A DNA stretch of 64,000 nt from Eledone cirrhosa (taxonomy: Eukaryota), in the NCBI GenBank assembly GCA_964016885.1, contig OZ024744.1, positions 55,428,001 through 55,492,000 on the forward strand, in the 5' to 3' direction. The translations under genes were made by a program, and so were the position numbers. Positions 18,001 to 30,899 of this stretch are shown here, piece by piece. The notes below the pieces were generated by a model. It saw nothing but the letters and a program-made list of their open reading frames with translations, did no database searches and was not told the origin of the DNA. How positions within the stretch are numbered: the stretch's first letter is position 1; each line of letters starts with the position of its first letter.

Positions 18001-21000
18001 ATTGTTGTTGTATGTGACAGTGACAATACATATTGTTGTTATATGTGACAGTAACAATACATATTGTTGTTGTATGTGACAATACATATTGTTGTTGTAT
18101 GTGACAGTAACAATACATATTGTTGTTGTATGTGACAGTGACAATACATATTGTTGTTATATGTGACAGTAACAATACATATTGTTGTTGTATGTGACAA
18201 TACATATTGTTGTTGTATGTGACAGTAACAATACATATTGTTGTTGTACGTGACAGTAACAATACATATTGTTGTTGTATGTGACAGTGACAATACATAT
18301 TGTTGTTGTATGTGACAGTAACCATACATATTGTTGTTGTATGTGACAGTAACAATACATATTGTTGTTGTACGTGACAGTAACAATACATATTGTTGTT
18401 GTATGTGACAGTAACAATACATATTGTTGTTGTATGTGACAGTGACAATACATATTGTTGTTGTATGTGACAGTGACAATACATATTGTTGTTGTATGTG
18501 ACAGTAACAATACATATTGTTGTTGTATGTGACAGTAACAATACATATTGTTGTTGTATGTGACAGTGACAATACATATTGTTGTTGTATGTGACAGTAA
18601 CAATACATATTGTTGTTGTATGTGACAGTAACAATACATATTGTTGTTGTATGTGACAGTAACAATACATAGTGTTGTTGTATGTGACAGTAACATTACA
18701 TATTGTTGTTGTATGTGAGAGTAACAATACATATTGTTGTTGTATGTGACAGTGACAATACATATTGTTGTTGTATGTGACGATACATAGTGTTGTTGTA
18801 TGTGACAGTGACAATACATATTGTTGTTGTATGTGACAGTAACAATACATATTGTTGTTGTATGTGACAGTGACAATACATATTGTTGTTGTATGTGACA
18901 GTAACAATACATATTGTTGTTGTATGTGACAGTGACAATACATATTGTTGTTGTATGTGACAGTAACAATACATATTGTTGTTGTATGTGACAGTAACAA
19001 TACATATTGTTGTTGTATGTGACAGTAACAATACATATTGTTGTTGTATGTGACAGTGCCAATACATATTGTTGTTGTATGTGACAATACATTTTGTTGT
19101 TGTATGTGACAGTAACAATACATATTGTTGTTGTATGTGACAGTGACAATACATATTGTTGTTGTATGTGACAGTAACAATACATATTGTTGTTGTATGT
19201 GACAGTAACAATACATATTGTTGTTGTATGTGACAGTGATAATACATATTCTTGTTGTATGTGACAGTGACAATACATATTGTTGTTGTATGTGACAGTG
19301 ACAATACATATTGTTGTTGTATGTGACAGTAACAATACATATTGTTGTTGTATGTGACAGTAACAATACATATTGTTGTTGTATGTGACAGTAACAATAC
19401 ATATTGTTGTTGTATGTGACAGTGACAATACATATTGTTGTTATATGTGACAGTAACAATACATATTGTTGTTGTATGTGACAGTAACAATACATATTGT
19501 TGTTGTACGTGACAGTAACAATACATATTGTTGTTGTATGTGACAGTGACAATACATATTGTTGTTGTATGTGACAGTAACCATACATATTGTTGTTGTA
19601 TGTGACAGTAACAATACATATTGTTGTTGTACGTGACAGTAACAATACATATTGTTGTTGTATGTGACAGTAACAATACATATTGTTGTTGTATGTGACA
19701 GTAACAATACATATTGTTGTTGTATGTGACAGTGACAATACATATTGTTGTTGTATGTGACAGTGACAATACATATTGTTGTTGTATGTGACAGTGACAA
19801 TACATATTGTTGTTGTATGTGACAGTAACAATACATATTGTTGTTGTATGTGACAGTGACAATACATATTGTTGTTGTATGTGACAGTAACAATACATAT
19901 TGTTGTTGTATGTGACAGTAACAATACATATTGTTGTTGTACGTGACAGTAACAATACATATTGTTGTTGTATGTGACAGTGACAATACATATTGTTGTT
20001 GTATGTGACAGTAACAATACATATTGTTGTTGTATGTGACAGTAACAATACATATTGTTGTTGTATGTGACAGTAACAATACATATTGTTGTTGTATGTG
20101 ACAGTAACAATACATATTACTGTTGTATGTGACAGTGACAATACATATTGTTGTTGTATGTGACAGTGACAATACATATTGTTGTTGTATGTGACAGTGA
20201 CAATACATATTGTTGTTGTATGTGACAGTGACAATACATATTACTGTTGTATGTGACAGTAACAATACATATTGTTGTTGTATGTGACAGTAACAATACA
20301 TATTGTTGTTGTATGTGACAGTAACAATACATATTGCTGTTGTATGTGACAGTAACAATACATATTGTTGTTGTATGTGACAGTAACAATACATATTGTT
20401 GTTGTATGTGACAGTGACAATACATATTGTTGTTATATGTGACAGTAACAATACATATTGTTGTTGTATGTGACAGTAACAATACATATTGTTGTTGTAT
20501 GTGACAGTGCCAATACATATTGTTGTTGTATGTGACAATACATTTTGTTGTTGTATGTGACAGTATTGTTGTTGTATGTGACAGTGACAACACATATTGT
20601 TGTTGTATGTGACAGTAACAATACATATTGTTGTTGTATGTGACAGTAACAATACATATTGTTGTTGTATGTGACAGTGACAATACATATTCTTGTTGTA
20701 TGTGACAGTGACAATACATATTGTTGTTGTATGTGACAGTAACAATATATATTGTTGTTGTATGTGACAGTGACAATACATATTGTTGTTCTATGTGACA
20801 GTGACAATACATATTGTTGTTATATGTGACAGTAACAATACATATTGTTGTTGTATGTGACAGTAACAATACATATTGTTGTTGTACGTGACAGTAACAA
20901 TACATATTGTTGTTGTATGTGACAGTAACAATACATATTGTTGTTGTATGTGACAGTGACAATACATATTGTTGTTGTATGTGACAGTAACAATACATAT

Positions 21001-24000
21001 TGTTGTTGTACGTGACAGTAACAATACATATTGTTGTTGTATGTGACAGTAACAATACATAGTGTTGTAGTATGTGACAGTAAAAATACATATTGTTGTT
21101 GTATGTGAGAGTAACAATACATATTGTTGTTGTATGTGACAGTGACAATACATATTGTTGTTGTATGTGACAATACATAGTGTTGTTGTATGTGACAGTA
21201 ACAATAGATATTGTTGTTGTGTGACAGTGCAAATACATATTGTTGTTGTATGTGACAGTGACAATACATATTGTTGTTGTATGTGACAGTAACAATACAT
21301 ATTACTGTTGTATGTGACAGTGACAATACATATTGTTGTTGTATGTGACAGTGACAATACATATTGTTGTTGTATGTGACAGTGACAATACATATTGTTG
21401 TTGTATGTGACAGTGACAATACATATTACTGTTGTATGTGACAGTGACAATACATGTTACTGTTATATGTGACAGTAACAATACATATTGTTGTTGTATG
21501 TGACAGTAACAATACATATTGTTTTTATATGTGACAGTAACAATACATATTGTTGTTGTATGTGACAGTGACAATACATATTGTTGTTGTATGTGACAGT
21601 AACAATACATATTGTTGTTGTATGTGACAGTAACAATACATATTGTTGTTGTATGTGACAGTAACAATACATATTGCTATTGTATGTGACAGTGACAATA
21701 CATATTGTTGTTATATGTGACAGTAACAATACATATTGTTGTTGTATGTGACAGTAACAATACATATTGTTGTTGTATGTGACAGTGCCAATACATATTG
21801 TTGTTGTATGTGACAATACATATTGTTGTTGTATGTGACAGTAACAATACATATTGTTGTTGTATGTGACAGTAACAATACATATTGTTGTTGTATGTGA
21901 CAATACATATTGTTGTTGTATGTGACAGTAACAATACATATTGTTGTTGTATGTGACAATACATATTGTTGTTGTATGGGACAATACATATTGTTGTTGT
22001 ATGTGACAATACATATTGTTGTTGTATGTGACAGTGACAATACATATTGTTGTTGTATGTGACAGTGACAATACATATTGTTGTTGTATGTGACAGTGAC
22101 AATACATATTGTTGTTGTATGTGACAGTAACAATACATATTGTTGTTGTATGTGACAGTAACAATACATATTCTTGTTGTATGTGACAGTAACAATACAT
22201 ATTGTTGTTGTATGTGACAGTGACAATACATATTGTTGTTGTATGTGACAGTGACAATACATATTGTTGTTGTATGTGACAATACATATTGTTGTTGTAT
22301 GTGACAGTAACAATACATATTACTGTTGTATGTGACAGTAACAATACATATTGTTGTTATATGTGACAGTGACAATACATATTGTTGTTGTATGTGACAG
22401 TAACAATACATATTGTTGTTGTATGTGACAGTAACAATACATATTGTTGTTGTATGTGACAGTGACAATACATATTGTTGTTGTACGTGACAGTAACAAT
22501 ACATATTGTTGTTGTATGTGACAGTAACAATACATATTGTTGTTGTATGTGACAGTAACAATACATATTGTTGTTGTATGTGACAATGACAATACATATT
22601 GTTGTTGTATGTGACAATACATATTGTTGTTGTATGTGACAGTAACAATACATATTGTTGTTGTATGTGACAGTGACAATACATATTGTTGTTGTATGTG
22701 ACAGTAACAATACATATTGTTGTTGTATGTGACAGAAACAATACATATTGTTGTTGTATGTGACAGTAACAATACATATTGCTGTTGTATGTGACAGTGA
22801 CAATACATATTGTTGTTATATGTGACAGTAACAATACATATTGTTGTTGTATGTGACAGTAACAATACATATTGTTGTTGTATGTGACAATACATTTTGT
22901 TGTTGTATGTGACAGTGACAATACATATTGTTGTTGTATGTGACAGTGACAATATATATTGTTGTTGTATGTGACAATACATTTTGTTGTTGTATGTGAC
23001 AGTAACAATACATATTGTTGTTGTATGTGACAGTGACAATATATATTGTTGTTGTATGTGACAGTAACAATACATATTGTTGTTGTATGTGACAGTAACA
23101 ATACATATTGTTGTTGTATGTGACAGTAACAATACATATTGTTGTTGTATGTGACAATACATATTGTTGTTGTATGTGACAGTAACAATACATATTGTTG
23201 TTGTATGTGACAATACATATTGTTGTTGTATGGGACAATACATATTGTTGTTGTATGTGACAATACATATTGTTGTTGTATGTGACAGTAACAATACATA
23301 TTGTTGTTGTATGTGACAGTAACAATACATATTGTTGTTGTATGTGACAGTGACAATACATATTGTTGCTGTATGTGACAGTAACAATACATATTGTTGT
23401 TGTATGTGACAGTAACAATACATATTGTTGTTGTATGTGACAGTGACAATACATATTGTTGCTGTATGTGACAGTGACAATACATATTGTTGTTGTATGT
23501 GATAGTGACAATACATATTGTTGTTGTATGTGACAGTAACAATACATATTGTTGTTGTATGTGACAGTAACAATACATATTGTTGTTGTATGTGACAGTA
23601 ACAATACATATTGTTGTTGTATGTGACAGTGACAATACATATTGTTGTTGTATGTGACAGTAACAATACATATTACTGTTGTATGTGACAGTGACAATAC
23701 ATATTGTTGTTGTATGTGACAATACATATTGTTGTTGTATGTGACAGTAACCATACATATTACTGTTGTATGTGACAGTAACAATACATATTGTTGTTAT
23801 ATGTGACAGTGACAATACATATTGTTGTTGTATGTGACAGTAACAATACATATTGTTGTTGTATGTGACAGTAACAATACATATTGTTGTTGTATGTGAC
23901 AGTAACAATACATATTGTTGTTGTATGTGACAATGACAATACATATTGTTGTTGTATGTGACAATACATATTGTTGTTGTATGTGACAGTAACAATACAT

Positions 24001-24418
24001 ATTGTTGTTGTATGTGACAGTGACAATACATATTGTTATTGTATGTGACAGTAACAATACATATTGTTGTTGTATGTGACAGTAACAATACAAATTGTTG
24101 TTGTATGTGACAGTAACAATACAAATTGTTGTTGTATGTGACAGTGACAATACATATTGTTGTTGTATGTGACAGTAACAATACAAATTGTTGTTGTATG
24201 TGACAGTAACAATACATATTGTTGTTGTATGTGACAGTAACAATACATATTGTTGTTATATGTGACAGTGACAATACATATTGTTGTTGTATGTGACAGT
24301 GACAATACATATTGTTGTTGTATGTGACAGTAACAATACATATTACTGTTATATGTGACCATAACAATACATATTACTGTTGTATGTGACAGTAACATTG
24401 CATATTGCTGTAGTATGA
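1..24418. repeat. 31-bp tandem satellite, consensus TGTGACAGT(A/G)ACAATACATATTGTTGTTGTA, with frequent 25-bp deletion variants
   Basis: Unit read directly; roughly 800 copies estimated from length; runs off the left edge and decays at about 24390-24418. Confidence 0.99.
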
Positions 24419-24738
24419 ATTACCAGACACCAGAACTATTTTCTCTATTTGTTACACGGCAATACCGATACATATTTCTACTGTATGCCATGTTTGATAT
24501 ATTTACATTTAGTGAAATATTTTAACGTAAATATTCATCCAATATTCATTGTATTTAAATCTATAGGTGTGTTGAACACCAAAACTATTTTCTCTATTTG
24601 TCATGAGGCATTTTTTACTGCCAGTTGTTTCATATACTTTTAGCAATATCATATTTCATGAAATGGCACTACTTTGATGATATTTTGCTGATCATGTGTA
24701 AAATCCTCCATAGAAATATGTCATAAATATTGTAGGCT

Positions 24739-24911
24739 CAGTGCCAGATTTAGGATAAATGATGTCCGGTTTTAGTTTAGTTATGAGGTTCCAAATATTT
24801 GAAAAATTCATTGTAAAAGGTTTGGGGGGGCAGGAAGAAGCTCTCCAACCCCACTGGCCAATGGAGCCCTGTGCTTAAGCACACCTAAGCACAATGGTAA
24901 ATCCAGCATTG
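24739..24911. mobile_element. hAT-type MITE (173 bp)
   Basis: Imperfect TIRs CAGTGCCAGATTTA / TAAATCCAGCATTG; identical 8-bp TSD TGTAGGCT at 24731-24738 and 24912-24919. Confidence 0.85.
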
Positions 24912-25084
24912 TGTAGGCTGCATCATGAAATGCCAAAATTCTGAGTCCCCTCACTCTTTATTTTTGATTTTTGAGAAGGAGGTGTTCTTCAGACTTCTAT
25001 ATTTGAAACATATCATAATTTGATTGAGCCAAAAATATTTCTTTTCGAAATTGTGATTTTTCACCCATCCATAACTTCACACTC

Positions 25085-25545
25085 AGACTTCCATAACCAT
25101 AACTCCCACATTAAGCTTAAATTTAACCCAATCCCAAACCTAATCATAACCCTAACTATAGCCATAACCATAATAACCAAAATACTAAGAGCAACACTAA
25201 CCCTAACCCTAAACTTAATCCTAAACATAATCCCAACCCAAACCTTAAACATAACCGTTACTTTAAACTTAACCCTAGCCTTAACTATAACTCTAAACCT
25301 AACTCAAATTCCAATGACAACCCCAATTCTAAATCTAAATCTAACTCTAGACTTAATATCAAACTTAATCCTAAACCTAACCCTAACCATAACACTAACT
25401 CTAAATCTAATTTTAACTTCAACCCTAACTTTAAATCTAAATCTAACCTTAGCTCTAAACCTTAATAAAAGCCTAACTCTTACCCCAAACCTAATCCTAG
25501 CCATAACACTAACACTAAACCTAAGCCTAAATTTAATTCTAACTT
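25085..25545 (+). repeat. Degenerate telomere-like (CCCTAA/TAACCC) hexamer tract
   Basis: 6-bp periodic sequence such as ctaaccctaaccctaaacttaatcctaaac; continues at about 25755-25845 and 26320-26435. Confidence 0.75.
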
Positions 25546-25753
25546 GCATTTAAACCAGCTGTATCTGGCCAGAATTCTCTCATGTCTTTCTGTTCGAACT
25601 GGCCACTCATATTGATGTTAAGGTATTGTTCTCAATATAAATAATATCAAATTCTCATAGCTTTGGTATTATGTGAGATAATTATGTGAGGTAAAGCCTT
25701 TACCGTGAAAATATAATAGTAAATATAGAGTAATGTCAATACTAAAGGGTTAA
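25546..25753 (+). mobile_element. piggyBac-type MITE copy 1 (left end eroded)
   Basis: Body aligns with the copies at 26706 and 29879; right end CTAAAGGG|TTAA. Confidence 0.75.
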
Positions 25754-26159
25754 ACCAAACCTTCTTCTAACCCTATCACTAAATCTAACCTTAACAATAA
25801 ACCTAACCCAAACTCTAAACCTTACCCTAAACTCTAACTCTATTTGAAATTTTTTTTTCAAAATTTCTGCAGAATTGTAATTGCCTATGCTTCAAATGTA
25901 GAAATCTGAAATTTTTGATTTTACAGAAGGAAGGTGGATTTACAGATCTGAAACTCCACCATTCAAATTCCTCTAATAAAAGAAAGGAAAAGAGAAAGGA
26001 GCTTATCATCCGATCAGACCAAGAAAACAATGTTTCAATTAGTTTTTCCATTGCTGATGCTATCTGCTGGTCACCACTCAGAACACACAGAGCTGGAACA
26101 GATACTGCAAAGTATCTTGTCTGATGCTTTAACAACTTTACCGATCCACTGCCCTTGGC

Positions 26160-26278
26160 TGGTATTTTATTTATCAACCCTGAAAATATGAAAGGCAAAA
26201 TTGACGTTTATGGGATTTGAACTCAGAGTGCAGAGAACTAGAACAAATATCATCACTAACAACTCTGCCAATTCACCA
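26160..26278 (-). mobile_element. Old diverged tRNA-derived SINE
   Basis: Matches the SINE core of younger copies (ttatcaaccctgaaaatatgaaaggcaaaattgac...gatttgaactc...ctgccaattcacc). Confidence 0.65.
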
Positions 26279-26701
26279 TTGTATAAAAGAAAGCAAACAA
26301 GAAATAAAGTTCCTTACTCCAACCCCAACTCCAACATTAATCTTAACCAAAACCCTGACCCTAATCTGTACACTAACCTTAACACTAAATTTAATCCTAA
26401 ACTCAGCCCTAACCTCAAACCTAAACTCTATCCCAAGCCTGCGTTGAAAGTTACATGAAAACAAAAATTTGGTAAGCATATATTAGACTTTAGAGAAACC
26501 TTTCATAGATACATTACTCTGCTCTACTCTCTCACCCCCTCTCTCCCTCTCTTTCTTTGTGTTAGATAGACACGTATCTAATTATATGTGTGTGAATGAA
26601 AGAGTGTGCACATGAATGTCAGTCTTGGATTTAAAACTTCGTGAAAGCCAAGAGTACTTCAAGTTCAATGGGCTCCTCATACATCAACAAAAACAAGTGT
26701 T

Positions 26702-28881
26702 TTAACCCTTTAGCATTTAATCCAGCCATATCTAGCCAGAATTCTTTTACCTCTTTCTGTTCAAACTGGCCATAACTGGCTGTTGATACCAATGTTAAGG
26801 TACTGTTCTCAAAATAAATAATATCAAATTCTTGTAGACGCGATATTATGTGAGATATTTATGTGGGGTAAAGTGTTTAACATGAAAATACGATAATAAA
26901 TATAGAGTAATCATCATCATCATCATCATCATCATCATTTTACGTCCGCTTTTCCCTGTCCATACCACCTCAGTCACCTCTCTCGCACGCTACATTCTAT
27001 CCCTCTCAGACACAGTTTCTCTCTCAACAGATTCATGCTGAGTCGTTCACGCGCATTGACATTGCACATCCAATGGAGCATGCTTGCCTCATTTCTCTCC
27101 AGCCGTCGCATATCCTCTGCAGTTGCTGCACAAGTTTCACTACCATGCAGCATCACGCTCCTCACACATGCATCATATAACCGGCCTATCGTACGCAGAG
27201 AGAAACTCTTCTTTGTCAGCAGAGGAAGCAGCTCCCTAAACTTCTTCCAACCCGTCCTTATTCTAGATACTATGGCCTCAGAACACCCCCTCCCATGCTA
27301 ATCTGATTTCCTAGGTACCGGAAGCTATCCACCACTTCAATAGCACCCGCCTGCATTTGAAAAGTGTGTCTATCAATGCGACTTCTACTGTCTAATTTCC
27401 CTGTACATCTACTGCATACGTATTTCTCCCTACCTGTTAGTTTGCCTGCTATCCCACTACACCTCTTTTGTACCAAGAATCTGCATCGTGTGCATTTTAT
27501 AGAATTTATGCCAGTTCCTTTTCTGCATATCGAACATGGCCATTTCCCTGATGGAATCAGAGTTTTGTCCTCTTTTCTACTCATCAACACTTTTGTCTTA
27601 GCTATGTTCACTCTCAGTCCTCTTGCTTCCAACTGCTGTTTCCATAGCCAGAATTTATTCTCTAGCTCCTCTACTGATTCTGCTATAAGAACCAGATCAT
27701 CAGCATAGAGAAGTTCCTATGGACAGCCAGTCTTAAACTCCTCTGTTATGGCTTGGAGGACTATAATGAACAAGAGCGGGCTGAGGACCGAACCTTGATG
27801 TACTCCTACTTGTATCTGGAATTCCTCACTAAACTCCATTCCTACCCTCACTTTACTGACAGTCCCTCTGTACAAAGTTTGCACTGTTCTCACAAGCCAT
27901 TCCTCAATACCTAGTTTCCTTAGGGACCACCAGATGATAGATCGGGGTACCCTATCAAAAGCCTTCTCTAGGTCAACAAAGGCTAAGTATAGTGGCTTAT
28001 TCTTCTCTAAGAACCACTCTTGTAATTGTCTGACCAAGAAGAGGGCATCTGTTATACTTTTCCCAGGCACAAAACCAAACTGCATCTCATCTAGTTTGAC
28101 CCTTTCTCTAATTAGTTGTGCTAATATCCTTTCTGCCACTTTCATAACCTGATCCATCAGTTTTATACCCTATAATTGCTCCTCTCCAGAGCATTCCCTT
28201 TACCTTTGTAGCAATTTATGAGAATACTGCTGCACCAGTCTTTGGGTATGACACTACCATATATAGCCTGATTGATGATGCATGCAACCAGTTTAGTGCC
28301 TACGTCCCCTGATGCCTTCAGCATCTCAGCAACTATCCTCGACGGTCCAGCAGCCTTACCATTTTTCATTTCCTTAATCGCCTCTTGGACCCTATATTCG
28401 TCAATCTCAATAGCTGGTCCCTCTGTTAGGTAATTTCTCTCTCTCCCATTCGTTCTCCACATTCATCAGTCTCTCATAATGACATTTCCAGGCCTCCTTT
28501 TTCTAATCATTCGTGACACTAAGTACACCGGCATCATTCTGGACACATTTATCTCCAACAACATCCTGATTTGCATTGACACACTGCCTTGCAATGTGGA
28601 ACACCGCACGCCTCTGATCTTCCCGTCGCAGAACATTGACAAACCTCCTACTCTCAGCCTCCCTGCGTGCTAAGTACACCTGACATCTAGCTTCTCTCTT
28701 AGCAACTGTATATCCTTCTCTACTCCCACCCTTTTCCAAGCCTTCCATGCTAGTCTTTTGTCGCCTTATCTACTGTGCTGTTCCATCACCAAGTCACTCT
28801 CTGTCTGGTTGGAGCTCTGCTCCAGCCACAAGTTTCATCAGTAGCCTGCAGTAAGTTGTAATGTAAATGCTAAAGGGTTAA
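26702..28881 (+). mobile_element. piggyBac-type MITE copy 2, interrupted by an RTE LINE
   Basis: TTAA|CCCTTTAGCATTTA ... TAAATGCTAAAGGG|TTAA. A TTAA TSD with CCC termini is the piggyBac signature. Confidence 0.85.
26912..28857 (-). mobile_element. 5'-truncated, decayed RTE-clade LINE (RT region) with (ATG)n tail
   Basis: ORF pieces with FVDLEKAFDRV, GVHQGSVLSPLLF, and ELLYADDL near 27700; (CAT)n on + at 26911-26938; GTAAT repeated at 26907-26911 and 28858-28862 as likely TSD. Confidence 0.92.
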
Positions 28882-29294
28882 GGCCATTTTCCCTGCTAAA
28901 GCAGGGATTAGTCTTGTGGACCCCCTGACAAGTTTTCCAGCCCTATCCTCTGCATGACCCCCCCCCCATACTAACCCCTGGCTTTCGTTTCCTCCTCCAT
29001 CATTTGCAGGCATGACCCACCCATCACCATTTCTCTCCACAACATTCATCACTGACTCTATGCCCATCATACTCTGTGATTCATTGTGTCTACCTGTCTC
29101 TGATAAAAACTTCACTTATCCACTCTCAGTTCTTTTCTTTTCAGCCTTCTCTGCTGCTCCACATTCATCAGCCATGTCTCGCTCCTATATATCATGGCAC
29201 TTCTCGCAAATGCAGTATGCACAAATATATATAATAAAAAATAATTGTTTCTACTTTTGGCACAAGGCCAGCAATATTATAATAAAAAATAATG

Positions 29295-29545
29295 TGGTCT
29301 GCAATGCAGAGGAAAGGAAAATAAAGAAATACTGGGGATTGTCCAGCTGCTTCCTCTTCACACCAGTTGCTGTTGAGACCTCAGGTGTACTTGGACCCCA
29401 TACTGCCGAGCACCTCTGCAAGATCAGAATGACAGCAGCCCATCCGAAGAAGGAGTCCCGCAAGGTGGGGTGGCTGTTGCAGCAGGTGTCACTGGCCATT
29501 GTGCGTGGGAATGCTTTTGCAGTTTTGTCCGCAGAGCACAGCCCC
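29295..29545 (+). mobile_element. C-terminal remnant of an RLE-type (CRE-like) non-LTR retrotransposon
   Basis: AEERKIKKY...FTPVAVETSGVLG...LLQQVSLAIVRGNA, the typical end of restriction-like endonuclease ORFs. Confidence 0.7.
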
Positions 29546-29874
29546 AATACCACCATGCCCTAGGCCCAGAGCCCAATCACCCTCCCCTCCCCATTCTTCT
29601 GTGACCCTAGAGCCCTTGCCTTTTCCTTCCTTTTCCACTTTCATAACCACAAGAAACTTGAACTTTTTACAATAAATTTTGAATAATTGTATATTCAATT
29701 AAAATTCATTAACCCTTTTTTTTTACAATATATTACCTATATCTCCAAATTACTTTTGAAAATAATCAAGAATCTAAGGGGTGGAGGAAGGGGATTATTA
29801 ATACAACTAGCTTTGTTGTTTGAACATGCCTTTACAAAATATTCTGAGATAAAATTGGGATGGACAATTTTAGT

Positions 29875-30227
29875 TTAACCCTTTAGCATTTACATTACTT
29901 TATATTTATTATTATATTTTTTTAGTTCAAATCCCGCCGAGGTTAACTTTGCCTTTCATCCTTATGGGGTCGATAAAATAAAGTACCAGTAATGTACTGG
30001 GTAATTTCTGGCCTTGTGCCAATAGTAGAAACAATTATATTTTCCCAGTAAAGGCTTTACCTCCTGTTGATTATCTCACATAATATTGAATCTATGAGAT
30101 TTTGATATTATTTATTTTGAGGACAATACCTTAACATCAGTATGAGTGGCCAGTTACTCCCAGTTTGAACAGAAAGAGCTGAGAGAATTCTGGCCGGATA
30201 CAGTCGGTTTAAATGCTAAAGGGTTAA
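29875..30227 (-). mobile_element. piggyBac-type MITE copy 3 (opposite orientation), interrupted by a SINE
   Basis: TTAA|CCCTTTAGCATTTA at 29875 and TAAATGCTAAAGGG|TTAA ending at 30227; body is the reverse complement of copies 1 and 2. Confidence 0.88.
29921..30033 (+). mobile_element. 5'-truncated SINE inside the MITE
   Basis: gttcaaatcccgccgagg...gcctttcatccttatggggtcgataaa core; TSD ATTATATTTT at 29911-29920 and 30034-30043. Confidence 0.85.
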
Positions 30228-30899
30228 CTCTTAATGTTCTGTATCACATAAAAACATATGTCATTTTTTGAAAATGAAAAAAAAACTCAAAAAAAAACAG
30301 CACTATGACATTAAAAATAAAAGGTTTTAGTTTACTACACTTTTTCTTTCAGTTTCAGTGATATATTTCTCCTTAGTACCATGCCACTTAAGTTCTGGAG
30401 CTTCTTCCAATTTTTGTGCTCATCATATACAAAAACTATAATATTCAACAAATTACAAAATTTACATATCAAAGTCTACTTAGTGCATGTAATTGGAATT
30501 AACAAGTTATACATGCATAGATACACAAGTTAAATACAAAACACTAGCTAGTTATACATAAATGTTATAGGGAAACGTAAAAAATACATAAATGGTGAAT
30601 GGAAATATATATAAATACATACATTATAAATATATAAAAATAGATACATTATGTAAATACATACTTTTTTAATGCTCTACATAAAAGTTAAATACAAAAC
30701 GAAGGAGGGGAGGAGCAAATTCCAAATCTTCCACAGGAAGATTAAATGCATCTTTTATGCAAAGGTTTTTATCATACATGCCATAGGGCTCTTTACAAGG
30801 TATTGTTATATGACTGGATGCCCTTCTTGACACAAACTTTAACAACATGCAGACATATAGTATACTTATTCTAAACCAGATACATAGTACCATCTAGTT

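Noticed and set aside
1088-24398. Long Cys/His-rich minus-strand ORFs up to 1084 aa
   Set aside because: The 31-bp unit has no minus-strand stop in any frame, so all three frames give the same 31-aa repeat; this is a satellite artefact.
1-24418. CRISPR-like array (palindromic repeat of about 30 bp)
   Set aside because: Units are contiguous with no unique spacers, there are no cas genes, and the context is eukaryotic.
25020-25553. LTL/LNL-rich 177-aa ORF
   Set aside because: Translation of the hexamer repeat.
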